Shown here piece after piece: positions 1-11,363 of a stretch of 64,000 nt of DNA; the stretch's first letter is position 1; every line of letters starts with the position of its first letter. A model generated the notes under the pieces. The model saw only the letters and a program-made list of their open reading frames with translations, ran no database searches and had not been told where the DNA came from. The DNA comes from Octopus sinensis (taxonomy: Eukaryota), in the NCBI RefSeq assembly GCF_006345805.1, contig NC_042997.1, forward strand, positions 100,316,001 through 100,380,000. Reading direction: 5' to 3'. Position numbers and translations under genes: made by a program.

Positions 1-446
1 TAATGAATTGTAAAAGTATATTTGCTCCAACAGTCCATACATACATAAACAAAAAATTCAGAATCAACCCATGCTAACAAGAAGAAATTATATAAAATTC
101 AAATATTTGCAGTTTTTAATGCTAAATGAACTTATAAATAATCATAGATTTTTTTTTACCCTTTTAAATTGATAATTACAATACCTTACAAAATTTTTAA
201 TCAACATTCATTAAGTTAGAAAACTCTTTCAATAACTTATAAGATTAGTAATAGATCAAATGGTTCTGAAAATCGAAACATGCATCTATTCTTGAGAATG
301 GTACTTTTACCAAAAACTTTTCTGGAAGGATATTGTCCAGTTAAGTAAACTTCAATAAACCAAGATACGTTTTCTCAAAGTATTTAAAATATTGCAAAAT
401 AGAGCAAAAAATGTTATTCAAGGAATTTTATGAAAATATGACTTAC

Positions 447-588
447 CTTTACTATATTGTTCAAGAAGTAAATGTACATGACCCAATTCACGGTAAATAT
501 TAGCAATAGCGGGATCCTTGCCTTTTGATGAATCTTTCGTAAGCAGAATTGCATGTTCTTGGATTTTCTGTTGATAATATATAATACC
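447..588 (-). CDS. KDM6A: KDM6A/Utx coding exon 3, TPR region (GIIYYQQKIQEHAILLTKDSSKGKDPAIANIYRELGHVHLLLEQYSK); gene continues beyond the left edge
   Basis: tttcag acceptor and gtaagt donor; 142 nt, open. ELGHVHLLLEQYSK resembles UTX QLGHFNLLLEDYPK. Ends in phase 1. Confidence 0.92.
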
Positions 589-2955
589 CTGAAATAGGAA
601 ATGTTTTACTTTATTTTATAACAGAATTTCAAGTGGCTTTAAATATATATATGGCAACTAAATCAATACAAAGAATGTTTAAGTATAGATTATCAGAAAA
701 AAATAAGTTAAACTATAGATTGAGCTGACGTATGATCATAGGGTCTAGCCATGACCATCCCATCTATTTTCAGGCAATCTAAACAGGACTAACTACATTA
801 TCCAATGCTTCCTCCAATTTTAAGATGATATAGTGCAATATCAAGGGAAACTTAGCTATTATTGCTAAACAAGTCGATCGACCATTCAATAACGTTTCGA
901 TCTTAAATCTAAACTCAGTCGTAAACACCGTGGTAAATATGAAAAATCATCATTGGAGGAGTTTCAAGATTTACTCAGTGTGGTCCTGCTTCTTGTTAAT
1001 GACCCTCGCTTATTTATCCCTATTCATTTAACTACCATATATTCTCACTAAATGCTCAGAGGGCCATTATTTCGACAATATTTCTTTTGAGTTTTATTCG
1101 AAATTGTTGCTGGATTTACGCTCAATAACAAATGAAATGTCAAAAATAAAGGAAATTATAATATTTAATAATGCAGTTTCAGAAATCCCCAACCTTGTTC
1201 AAACGTTATGATACTAATTATTTTAGCCAACGTGTCTCAAAAATTCGGTTAGTATAAGGTTAAGATATCTGAGTTCTGCTAACACAGAAAGGACCTTATT
1301 TGCGCCTATCTTACAACGAAGATTACATAACATACTATTCAACAATTCCGAAATGAATAAATTCAAACGAAAGAAAAGACCCCCACCACGCATGCCTTTA
1401 TTTTCAACAATATATAAACAAGAACTTCCTTTTTCATTGTTGTACAAATTCTGAAATTAAAAACTTTTTATATCTAGTTTTTCAAAAGATGGGCCTCTGG
1501 GCCTCTGTATTTTTCGGTTTACATGTAAAAACAGGAATTTCAAACAATAACTGTGACAAGAAGATTGCTCCAATATTTTAAATTAGTGCTTAGAACAGTT
1601 AATATTATTACCAATAAAAATGTTCAATCATGCTCTTCACCAACATACGAATTCGATAACAGGTGACGTAAAAGAAAAAAAAAAAAAGAAAAATCCTACG
1701 CGAATATCCTCAAGTTTGTTCCTTAACCATTTCCAATATTCCGTCACACTTTGTCACCTGCTTATTAGTTAGGATTATTCATCATCAATTCCAAGATTGA
1801 TCATTTCCACCGATAATAAATGCAATAAGTTATTTAACAGATATATTTAAATACTGGAGACATGAAAATTTTAAATAACTGAGGATTTTTTTTTTAAAGA
1901 AAAAAGTGGGGGCACAAAAGGTTTTTCTATCTGATTTCGGTCTAGAACCTGTCAACAGTGACTGCAGTTTTTAAAAAAATATCGATAATATACTGCATCC
2001 TTTGTTAATTTAGTGTTAAGCTTCAATTTAAACGGGTTTAAACTACGTAAGGAATCACTTAAAATATAAGTTTGTATAATATAATTAAAATATTTCTCAT
2101 TTAAATTGAAATTAATAAGCAATACAAAAAGCTTGACAAAAACAATTTCAACTGGTGTGACAACTCTGTAATAATAATTTAGAAATATGACCACTTTTAA
2201 TTTGCTGAGTTTATTCGCACTTAAATTTCGAAAAATTAACGATACTCTTTTTGAACATAATATAGTGCAAGCATACTACGAATTTAAACATTGAAGAATC
2301 TTAATTAAATCTGAATATAAACCCCAAAGTTTCGCTTCGCGTGTAATTTATTCAGTTAGAGACAAAGATAACCAGAAAGGAGGGAAACTAAAGACAGTAC
2401 AACTTTTTTTTAAATAAGGCGCAATTAAATTCTCGACCATTTGTGTAGGCGGGGGTGGGTGGATAGTTTAAACAAATATGATCAAGAAAATAGAAATTTG
2501 TGACCAAAAATGCTAACCTTTGTGTTTACAGTGTGACAATAGCAGGCAATCGAACGAATTCAGCTTTAAAGAGAAATTTGCTAGTGAGACAACTGAGTAG
2601 GGTTGAAATTTAAGAGACAGATGGAGACTGAAAGATGAAATATATGAAGATTTCAAAACGATGTGTTTACGTTTTTGCTATTTTAGAATGGCGCCTCCCT
2701 GTCAACAAATAATAAATGCTCCCTAACACTCTAGCATGGCATTTCGCCAGTAAGAAAACTTACAAGATCGGAAAAGTAATCGTTATAATTGCCGCCTATA
2801 GTTTTATTCACTGACGGTCTTGTTTAGTGTATCGCCACAAACATGTTGGACCTTTCCGAAAGAAGATTGGAACTTATCATATTCCATAAGGTGAAATTTT
2901 TAAAAATGTAAGACGTAGAAAGCATCCCAGCACCTAGAATAACTGCACAACCTAC

Positions 2956-3019
2956 CTTCTCAAGAAGACGTCTCTTCGGTTGGTCACCGTCATCCAGCTG
3001 AATGAATCCAAACAGGCAA
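2956..3019 (-). CDS. KDM6A: KDM6A/Utx coding exon 2 (S-CLFGFIQLDDGDQPKRRLLEK)
   Basis: ttttttcag acceptor and gtagg donor; 64 nt. Resembles UTX [21 protein letters not shown]. Phases 2 and 0 are consistent with its neighbours. Confidence 0.92.
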
Positions 3020-3300
3020 CTGAAAAAATAAAATAAAACACCTTGCTCTTTATCTGAACCGTTAAACTTATAAGAGGAAGCGTCAAAAGCAGGTGACAGA
3101 GAGAGTCATTCAAAACGTGAAGGTATCCAGAGCAAGGTAGATATCGTGGGCCGAACCACATGACACACAGAGCATACTGACCTAAGAGACGCAGAAAAGG
3201 ACAGATAGACTGATAAACCTTATTGCGTGTTTGAGTAAATAGCATCATTACATGAAAACCTCAACAGAAAAATATCACAAAGTTGATAATAATAACAAAC

Positions 3301-3383
3301 CTATCAATTTCTAAAAGGTTTTGACGCTCTTCCGCCGTCAAAACCTGGTCAGCCGTGCTTTCGGTGAGCGTTTCTGTCCCCAT
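3301..3383 (-). CDS. KDM6A: KDM6A/Utx histone H3K27 demethylase, coding exon 1 (MGTETLTESTADQVLTAEERQNLLEID+AG)
   Basis: ATG at 3383-3381. The translation LTAEERQNLLEIDS resembles vertebrate UTX LTAEEREALGGLDS. GT donor at 3300-3299; 83 nt, phase 2, in frame with the next exon. Confidence 0.9.
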
Positions 3384-3650
3384 GTTTCATTAAATACAAA
3401 GTAGAAACCCCAAGATAGAAGACTTTAAAAAAAAAAAAAACAGGATGTAATCACTGAGCTACTGCTAGTTTAACCTCGACCTCTCACCCTTTAGTAACAA
3501 CCAATCGTACGCTTTGCTTCAAATACAGTTAAAATCGAGCTTGGCATTTGTTAACGGAACACCGAGTGTCGTTGTAAATACTGCGCTACATCAACGCGCA
3601 ACACAACTGTTTGATATTGTCAAATTTATTTTTTAATAATAATAATAAAA
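3384..3650 (-). promoter_or_regulatory. Probable KDM6A 5' UTR / core promoter region
   Basis: Immediately upstream of the ATG, CpG-retaining and repeat-free, with CCAAT at 3501-3505, then an abrupt AT-rich stretch after ~3620. The TSS cannot be placed from sequence. Confidence 0.5.
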
Positions 3651-5394
3651 AAAAGTAGTTTTTAATAAAATTAATTATGCACTTTTTAAAAAATTGTATT
3701 AAATTATTTATAATAAAACGTAATCATTCATTATTTAATGCTAATTGTCATTGTCACGTATGAGTTGATTCTAGTTAAGATGACTAATTGCATTATCAAT
3801 AACGTGATTGTTAACGGATGTAATTCCAATCGCACAAATAAACCTTGGTGGGCTTCGTAGTTTGATAATAATGTCGATTTCTTCTATCATATGTTAAACA
3901 CGCTAAATATAAATGTATGGGAAAATACTGACATTTATCTGCATCTGACTACCAGCTACCATTAATTCTTCAACTCAACTTTTTGCGCAAAAGATTCTCT
4001 GCGCAATAAAATAATCATATTACTAAACATTCAACATTTTGTTTGACATACCCAACGTTTCTGATACCAATCCTAATTCATTTATGTATGTTAATCACTC
4101 ATACTAATGTGAATGATGCCATCTCTGGTTTCTATCCTCCTCAACCTTCCACATAAAGATGTCATCTGAAAGGAATCTAGAAACTTTTCATTAAAATTAG
4201 ACTACTTCTTCAAAAAGAAACCTCGTTTGACCCCCCACTTCCATATCCTTAGCTTACTTTAAAAACTTCATACAATCTTTCTCACATAAAGTTGCAACTC
4301 TTTAGAAACAACGTTCTCGTCAACTAGCAGAAGTCTTATCACAACATTGACATTGACCTCACCATCCTAGGGATAGGTGCTGGCTCTCCTCCTCGTACTA
4401 AATATCTTATTTTTATTTTAGTCTTCATATAGTTCACTTTTTTTTTTTTTAGTGATAGATGGGATAGTGTTGATGTTTATAGAGATACAGCTACCAAACA
4501 TATCCACTTGGTCTCTTAGGCAAGCTACTATATTTATTCATGTAAAATTCAACTAGATCTCTTTTATTACAAAATTAAAATCAATGAAGTCATCTGGTAA
4601 GCTTACGAATATCATAAATGCTCTTACAGTTAATTGTTACTGTACATCTAGTATAACAAAAATTGTCTGTCAATCTATTATATATTTTGAAAGAATGTGT
4701 ACATCATATTGAGTTCCTGCTTTATCCCAACAAATTAAGAAAGTTGCTTTTCAGATAACATCAACATGGGTCAACTACCTTTTCATTGCATTTGTGATGG
4801 GGATTAACAAATGAGTATCTACAGCTCAATGCAGAACAGATACTTCTAGGAGCTTCATCTATAAAGCACCAATTTTTTTAGTTTTCACACTTCGCAAATA
4901 TACATTGACAGAAGATATACACACATATGCATACATGCAAACTGACGTGCATTCTCCAAATTCAATCTATTAGTAGCACAGTGAAGATTTGTAAGACATC
5001 CCATAAATTCTCCATCTGAGATTCTAATGTGAATAGATGCACACACTTAGATGTATGCATTGACAGTTTAACCAACACACCAACTCAAACACATATTTAG
5101 AAATAGTGGGAACATTCTTAACCCAAAAAGTCTTGTCACTTTGTTAGCAACTGGCTTGAACTCTCTCAAGAACTTAAATAAAGCTCAAAGAAAAATCATA
5201 CATACATACTGACAGACAGACAGGATGAATGTCTAATGACGTAAATGGAATAGGTATGTCTTATAAGTGGTCAGTTTGGTTTACCACCAAAACTCTGGCT
5301 TGAACTGCAACTGAAAAGAAGTTGTTAAGGTGGCCTATCAAAGATGGATATATCATCATAGAGTGGATATACACACACACACATGGGCCCTGGC

Positions 5395-5578
5395 AATTTT
5401 CCTTCTCTTTCTCTGGACTTTCCTTTTTCTCCTTTCCGACGAAGAGCTATGCTCGAAACATAAAAAGCTCTCTCATTTCACTGAGCATCAAGCTAATATA
5501 ATTCTTGTGCATGTCCTCACACCCATTTTTCTTTCGTTTTTTATTTGTTCTTTGAATTGTCTGTTCATTGAATTGACT
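5395..5578 (+). mobile_element. Diverged third copy or related family of the hammerhead-motif repeat (motif 5432-5467)
   Basis: CTTT-CCGACGA-A-GAGCtatGCTC-GAAA-CATA-AAAAG; similar pyrimidine-rich flanks; (CA)n/(TA)n tail. Confidence 0.5.
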
Positions 5579-5789
5579 ACACACACACACACACATATAT
5601 ATATATTAGAAATAGAGAATAAACAAGCAAAACATGTGGTATCACTTTAGAGCATCTAATTTATAATTTAAACATAGTACACCATAGTTATAGTAAATAG
5701 GTAAAGTCTCTTACATCTGTTTCTAGAATAGCATGTGGAGCATATACTACTGAGCAAGGATTTCCATGAAAGCAAATTATTCTGTCATT

Positions 5790-6206
5790 GGAGAGAGAGA
5801 AATAAGTAAAGAATATCCTTAATCAACATTATTAGTAGTTACGAGTTCCTTGAAAAACTAAGGAGTGTCCAAAATAGAAAGATAATAGTGGTTAGTAGTT
5901 CCACGACCAAAGAATCAATGAAATCTTTAGTAAAAGATAATATCTGTTGGCAGTTCCATTGTTGAAGTATCAAGGAAAATCTACCTCATTTTCCCTTCAA
6001 AGACAGAACTAGTAACTTCTACTACCTGTTACTTTGGATTTTCTTTGATACTTCAACAACGGAACTGCTAACTGATATTATCTTTTACTAAGGATTTCAT
6101 TAATTCTTCAGTCATGGAACTACCAACCACTATTATCTTTCTTCAGACATGCCATAGTTTTTCAATGAACAGGTAACTACTAATATCCTTGATGAAGGAT
6201 ATTCTT

Positions 6207-6222
<16 letters not shown>
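5790..6222. repeat. Fold-back element, ~190-bp inverted arms with a ~55-bp spacer
   Basis: 5790-5981 is the reverse complement of 6037-6222 (e.g. aaagataatagtggttagtagttcc / ggaactaccaaccactattatcttt). Confidence 0.85.
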
Positions 6223-6252
<30 letters not shown>

Positions 6253-6911
6253 CCTCCCCCTGATGCTTAGCTATTCTAGAAACAGCTGTAAGAGCCTTTA
6301 CCTATTTACTATAATTACTCTGCACTAAATTTAAATTATAGACACATACATACATTCATCATACATACATACATACATATATATACATACATACATACAT
6401 ACATACATACATGCATACATACATACATATGTACGTTATATTTTGTAAGTCATTTCATCACATTTGCCCAATGACCTTCTTGATGGGTTTAAATTCTCCA
6501 TATGATTTCTTTTGGTTGTTGTACTATTATATCCCATCTCTGTAGTGTTACTGTTGGTTCCATTTTACTTATACATTTTCATGTTTTCTTGTCATGTGTA
6601 CATGGTAGTAGTTGAGTTTAGTTTGTTTTAATTTCATTACATCTTTATTCTTGTATTACTGTGTGGGGGGGAGAGTGTTATTCCATTCATTCTTTCTCTT
6701 GAGCACATGTGATGGGTTCGTGAGTTAGAATATGCTTTCTGTGTTTGTACAGCCTCTTTGTCTATTATAATGTTGCACCTTTTTGATGACTGGGAAGAAT
6801 TTTTCCTTCAAATTGTTTTATCAATCAATCCATTGTGGCTCTGTATAGCATGTTAACAGAAACTGATTATTGATTTCTTTCATTATATAACTCTTACTCA
6901 AAGGTGCCAAA

Positions 6912-7112
6912 CTGGCAGAAGTATAAGCACGCCAGGCTAGATGCTTAGCAATATTTTCTCTGTCTTTACATTCTGAGTTTGAATTCTGCCAAGGTCAACT
7001 TTGCCTTTCATCCTTTCGGGGTTGATAAAATAAGTACCAGCTGAGTACTGGGATCAGTGTAATCAACTTACCCCTCACCTACATTGCTGGCCTTGTGCCA
7101 AAATTTGACGCC
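6912..7112 (+). mobile_element. tRNA-derived SINE (family also at 46853-47080; degenerate at ~21655-21800 and ~27000-27070)
   Basis: A-box-like tggcagaa, B-box-like gagtt(t/c)(g/a)aatt, and shared body ttgcctttcatcc(t)ttc(c)ggggt(c/t)gat..aataagtaccag. Confidence 0.75.
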
Positions 7113-7149
7113 ATTATATATATATATATGTGTGTGTGTGACCGCGTGC

Positions 7150-7343
7150 ATATCATTGGTGATTTTTTTTCCTTCCGTCTTCCCTTCCTTGGAATTTTCC
7201 TTTTCCTATGTTTCTGATGAAGAGCTCTACTCGAAACATTAAATCCTCCTTTCTTTCCTTTCCTGTGTGTCCAATAACACTATACTTGTTCCACGTCCTC
7301 GCGTTGTTGTGTTTTCTCTTTGTGTTTCCATGTTTGGATTAAC

Positions 7344-7345
<2 letters not shown>
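7150..7345 (+). mobile_element. ~190-bp Penelope-like/retrozyme-like repeat with a minimal hammerhead-ribozyme motif (7210-7244)
   Basis: GTTT-CTGATGA-A-GAGCtctACTC-GAAA-CATT-AAAT. Highly similar to 56680-56875; followed by a (TA)n tail. Confidence 0.6.
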
Positions 7346-7409
<64 letters not shown>

Positions 7410-7439
7410 TACATACACACACACACACACATATGTATG

Positions 7440-7481
<42 letters not shown>

Positions 7482-7813
7482 TATATATATATATTAAAAA
7501 TGGGGAAGGCTGGTTTATGGGGTTACCTTAGGTTTCTCGTCTATAAAGGGTTTAGCTTCATGGCATATTGTCAGATCCCAAAAACCTGTTGGCCCATGAC
7601 CTCTTAAAAATGTGGAGGGTGAACTGATTCACCACTCAAAGGTCCTGTTGGCCAATGACCTCTAAAAAATATAGAGGGGGAAAATGCATCACTCCTCAAA
7701 GGTTGGGAAACCTAAGGTAATTCCATAAACTTGTCTTTCCCATTTTGAATATATACTGCTCTTCTTTCGTATTTAGAGTGTCTTCTTTCATATTTATGTT
7801 TTCTACAAATGAT

Positions 7814-7849
<36 letters not shown>

Positions 7850-7919
7850 CCTGAAAAGAAGAGGGTTGTAAAAAAAGAACATCACAACAAGCCTCTTCTT
7901 TCAGATGCTGAATAACATC

Positions 7920-8445
7920 CCTCCTCCCCAAACCTCACCCCACATTCCCTTCCTAGTTTTCAGAGTTGGCACTGCCAATGTTGGTACACTGAAAGGTAGG
8001 TCTAGTGAGATTGTAGAGATGCTTGAAGGGAGACGGGTTGATGTATGCTGCATACAAAAGGTAAGATGGAGAGGAGCTTCAGCTAGGGCCCTCACAGGCA
8101 AGGCACATAGGTATAAAGTCTTCTGGCAAGGTAACATGGATACAGTAGGGGGTGTAGGCATACTCCTTGCAGAGAAATGAGTGGATAAGGTCATAGAGGT
8201 TGTTAGGGTATGTGATAGAGTGATTAAGCTCAAGCTAGTCTTGCAGAACAGCACAGCTACAATTATCTCCACCTACACACACCTACAATTATCTCCACCA
8301 CATGCAGGGCTACCAAATGATTAGAAGGACTACTTTTATGATACCCTTCTACAGGCTACCTCAAAGACGAGTGGCAATGACCTCATCTTTGTGGCTGGAG
8401 ACTTTAATGGGCATGTTGGGTGGGAATCTGGTATCTTCACTGGGG
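7920..8445 (+). mobile_element. RTE-clade LINE fragment, APE endonuclease region (decayed)
   Basis: RVGTANVGTLKGRS...VDVCCIQ.VRWRG...GGVGILLAEK...AGDFNGHVG with in-frame stops. Confidence 0.9.
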
Positions 8446-8780
8446 TAATGTACTAAATTGATTCAATCAGTTACATACCTACTTTATAAAATGTGGTATG
8501 GTGCCCGGTTGAAATAAATCAACACTCATAACTGGGCTTTTTGATCAGTTAGTCATATGTTTATATTTTACCACAAGCAGGCATGGTTGTGTAGTTAAGA
8601 AGTTTGCTTCCTAACTACTAGGTTTCAGCTTCAGTTCCACTTTGTGGTACCTTGAGAAAGTGCCATCTACTACAATCTTGGGTCAAGCAAAGGTTTGTGA
8701 GTGGATTTGGTAGACAGAAACTGAAAGAAGCTTGTCATATATATATATATATATATATATCATCTTCATCATTTAATGTC

Positions 8781-9258
8781 CATATTGATGAGGACAGCTG
8801 CATCAAGAAGTGCCAAACTCTAATTGTGGAGGGAATCTGTGGGATGATGTAGTGAGGAAGGATTTTCAGATGTTGGGCCTCACAGAGGGAATGACAAGGG
8901 AGTAAGACTTCTGGCAACTCGCTGTGTTTGAGAAAACACATCAAGCTAAGTAAAATTGTGGCTGTCCTTGCATACAGGCATGTGCCCTACATTCCTCATC
9001 AGCTGAGTGATCCTAATCTTGCGGACTCATGAGTGCTGGTGCCACCTAAAAAGCACCCATGCTGGTGCCCATATCAGTGTCACATAAAGGAACTCAGTAC
9101 ATTCTGTAAAGTGGTTGATGTTAGAAAGGACACCCAGCTGTAGAAACCATCCCAGAACAGACATGGAGTCTGGACAGTTCCCAGCTGGCCAGCTCCTGTC
9201 AAACCATCCAGCCCGTGCCAACATGAAAAATAGATGATAAATGATAATGATGATGATG
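8781..9258 (+). mobile_element. RTE LINE ORF C-terminus plus 3' UTR ending in a (GAT)n tail
   Basis: DEDSCIKKCQTLIVEG, then aaaagcacc...ggttgatgttagaaaggacacccagctgtagaaac...gatgatgatg. Confidence 0.8.
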
Positions 9259-9927
9259 TTCCCTGGCAGCCTGGGTTGGATAGGTTGACAGGAATCAATG
9301 GCTCCAAGGACTGCATTGTGTAGTTTCTACAGCTGGATGTCCTTTACAGCATATACTGGATGCTTTTTTCATACCATCAGTACTAGTGAGGTCACCTTCT
9401 TTATAACTTTGAATCTCTTTGCTTCTTCAGTGACCACAATATAATTTTTACAGAACTAGATCTACTGGAAACAAGTGTTTTCCCCTTGTACACTCATCTT
9501 GCTTATTGTGGAAAATGTTAAAAGTGAAATTTTTATCCTTAATGTTAGTAAAACTTTCAGCCAATAACACTGTGTAATCAAATTTTAACTTTTTTGTCTT
9601 TGGTCAATAAGTGTTATTTCCTATTTGCTTCTATCTAGAAATCAAAGGAAATGAATACTATTCCCTTCAAACTTTGCTTTTGTGACCTGGACATCCAATA
9701 TTTTGAAACTGACCTGTTTTCCATTACATTTCAGACAGATTTAGTACTGAGTTGCTGAAGTAGAAATATTGTTACAGCAAATATTCTGCTCAGTACCACA
9801 GATTTGCTTGTCAGTTGCTTGACCCTAACCACTTGAGCATGCCTTTTAGTGGCTGACAATACGTGCATCTCTGATCATGAGTAGAAGTAGTTGGAGAGCA
9901 TCAGGCATGTGCTGAGAGGGATTCTTT

Positions 9928-10139
9928 AGATATTTCTACAGATTTTCTACAGAAATTATAGCCATTTTGTACTGGCTATAATTTCTATAGAAAATCTGTA
10001 GATAACCTAACCTTAACAAATGATATAATAATACTGCTAAAACAGTAGACCATGGTATTGACATATAAAAATGCTTAATATATTTTGTAGTATATTATGG
10101 TTGCATAATGAAATACAGTGTCCCTACAGGTCATTAATA
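9928..10139. mobile_element. 212-bp insertion flanked by a 9-bp direct repeat (ggattcttt), containing a 30-bp-stem hairpin
   Basis: ggattcttt at 9919-9927 and 10140-10148; inverted repeat 9935-9964 / 9973-10002. Confidence 0.6.
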
Positions 10140-11216
10140 GGATTCTTTGGTGTTTGAATAAATATAACAAAAGCAAAGTTTGAAGGAAATATTAGCCATT
10201 TTTCATACTTTCTAGGAGATAACAGTTGCTACTCAAGGACAAAAATTGTGTTACAGTGTAATCTTCCAGCAAAGCTACTTGCTCTTCATCTCTTGGATTT
10301 TAAGTTTACTGACAACCACTTTTCAAGTAATGTGTCAACATGTTTCAACTTTTCCTGTATCTCAGACTTCAGTTATTTTTCCTGCACTCTTTCCTTTTTA
10401 CAGTAATGTAAGAAGTCTCATGTTCTAGGAGTCAAAGGGCTGGTTACTTGGTTTCTATGGAGTATAAGAGACTGAGATCATATTTCTCCTGAATGGGATA
10501 CCAGTCTGTCTCAGGGTAACTCATTTACAGCTGAGTGGACTGGAGAAGCATGAAATGAAGTGTTTTGCTATAGAACACAATGCACCACCCAATCTGGTAA
10601 TGGAAACCATAATATTGTGATTGCAACTTCCTAACCACTAAGTCATGCACCTTCACCTCTACAGTGATGACATGCTCATTATTACCTTTAACCACACAAA
10701 ACTCAAAACTTTCATGTGGATAATATCATTCCTCATTACCCCTGTCCTTTTACTCACAACTTTAATGAACAGAGATCTCAAACTGTCCTGAAATTGCAAT
10801 ACAGTAAGACAGACATATCAAGAACAAAAATCTACAATACTATACATCCTCCCAATTCATGAAGAATACATTCATAAAATCTTCACATTCTCTACAAATA
10901 TTAGAGTTTATAGATTCTAATGACCTTTCAGTGTTTATGCATGGGTAATTGGAGTAATTTTGGGTGAAAGACTTAATCACCTATCCTTTGGTTTAACGCT
11001 ATTACTGGTATTTGGACAGATTTGGTAGAGTTCACTTTGTTCCAAGTATTCAGGTCATGTCTCCAGTCTGAGGATAACTTCCACCATTACAAAGGGTCTG
11101 ATATGGATTATGAATGATGCACTTCTTCCTGCGACTTAACCATCAGAATAAGCATTTATAAAAAATTCTAATACTAGAATTCTAAAAAAGTCTAATACCA
11201 GAATTCTAATACTAGA

Positions 11217-11363
11217 GATGCAGCACAAAGTTTTGTCAGTGAACAGGTCGTGGTCTCAAAGTGACGAAAATATTTTGACAAATCAAATTTAAAAGTTGAA
11301 GTGAACCTAACAGTTTTTGTGTGTTTCTTAAATGGCTTACAAACACCTTCCACGCTGCAATTG
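11217..11363 (+). repeat. Unclassified ~150-bp repeat; second copy at ~53897-54050
   Basis: Directly alignable pair (ttttgtcagtgaacagg...aaacaccttcca(c/t)gct(g/a)caattgtc). Confidence 0.75.

Noticed and set aside
2952-3248. 98-aa minus-strand ORF overlapping KDM6A exon 2
   Set aside because: Wrong frame. The Utx-like peptide lies in another frame bounded by splice sites, and the rest is intron.
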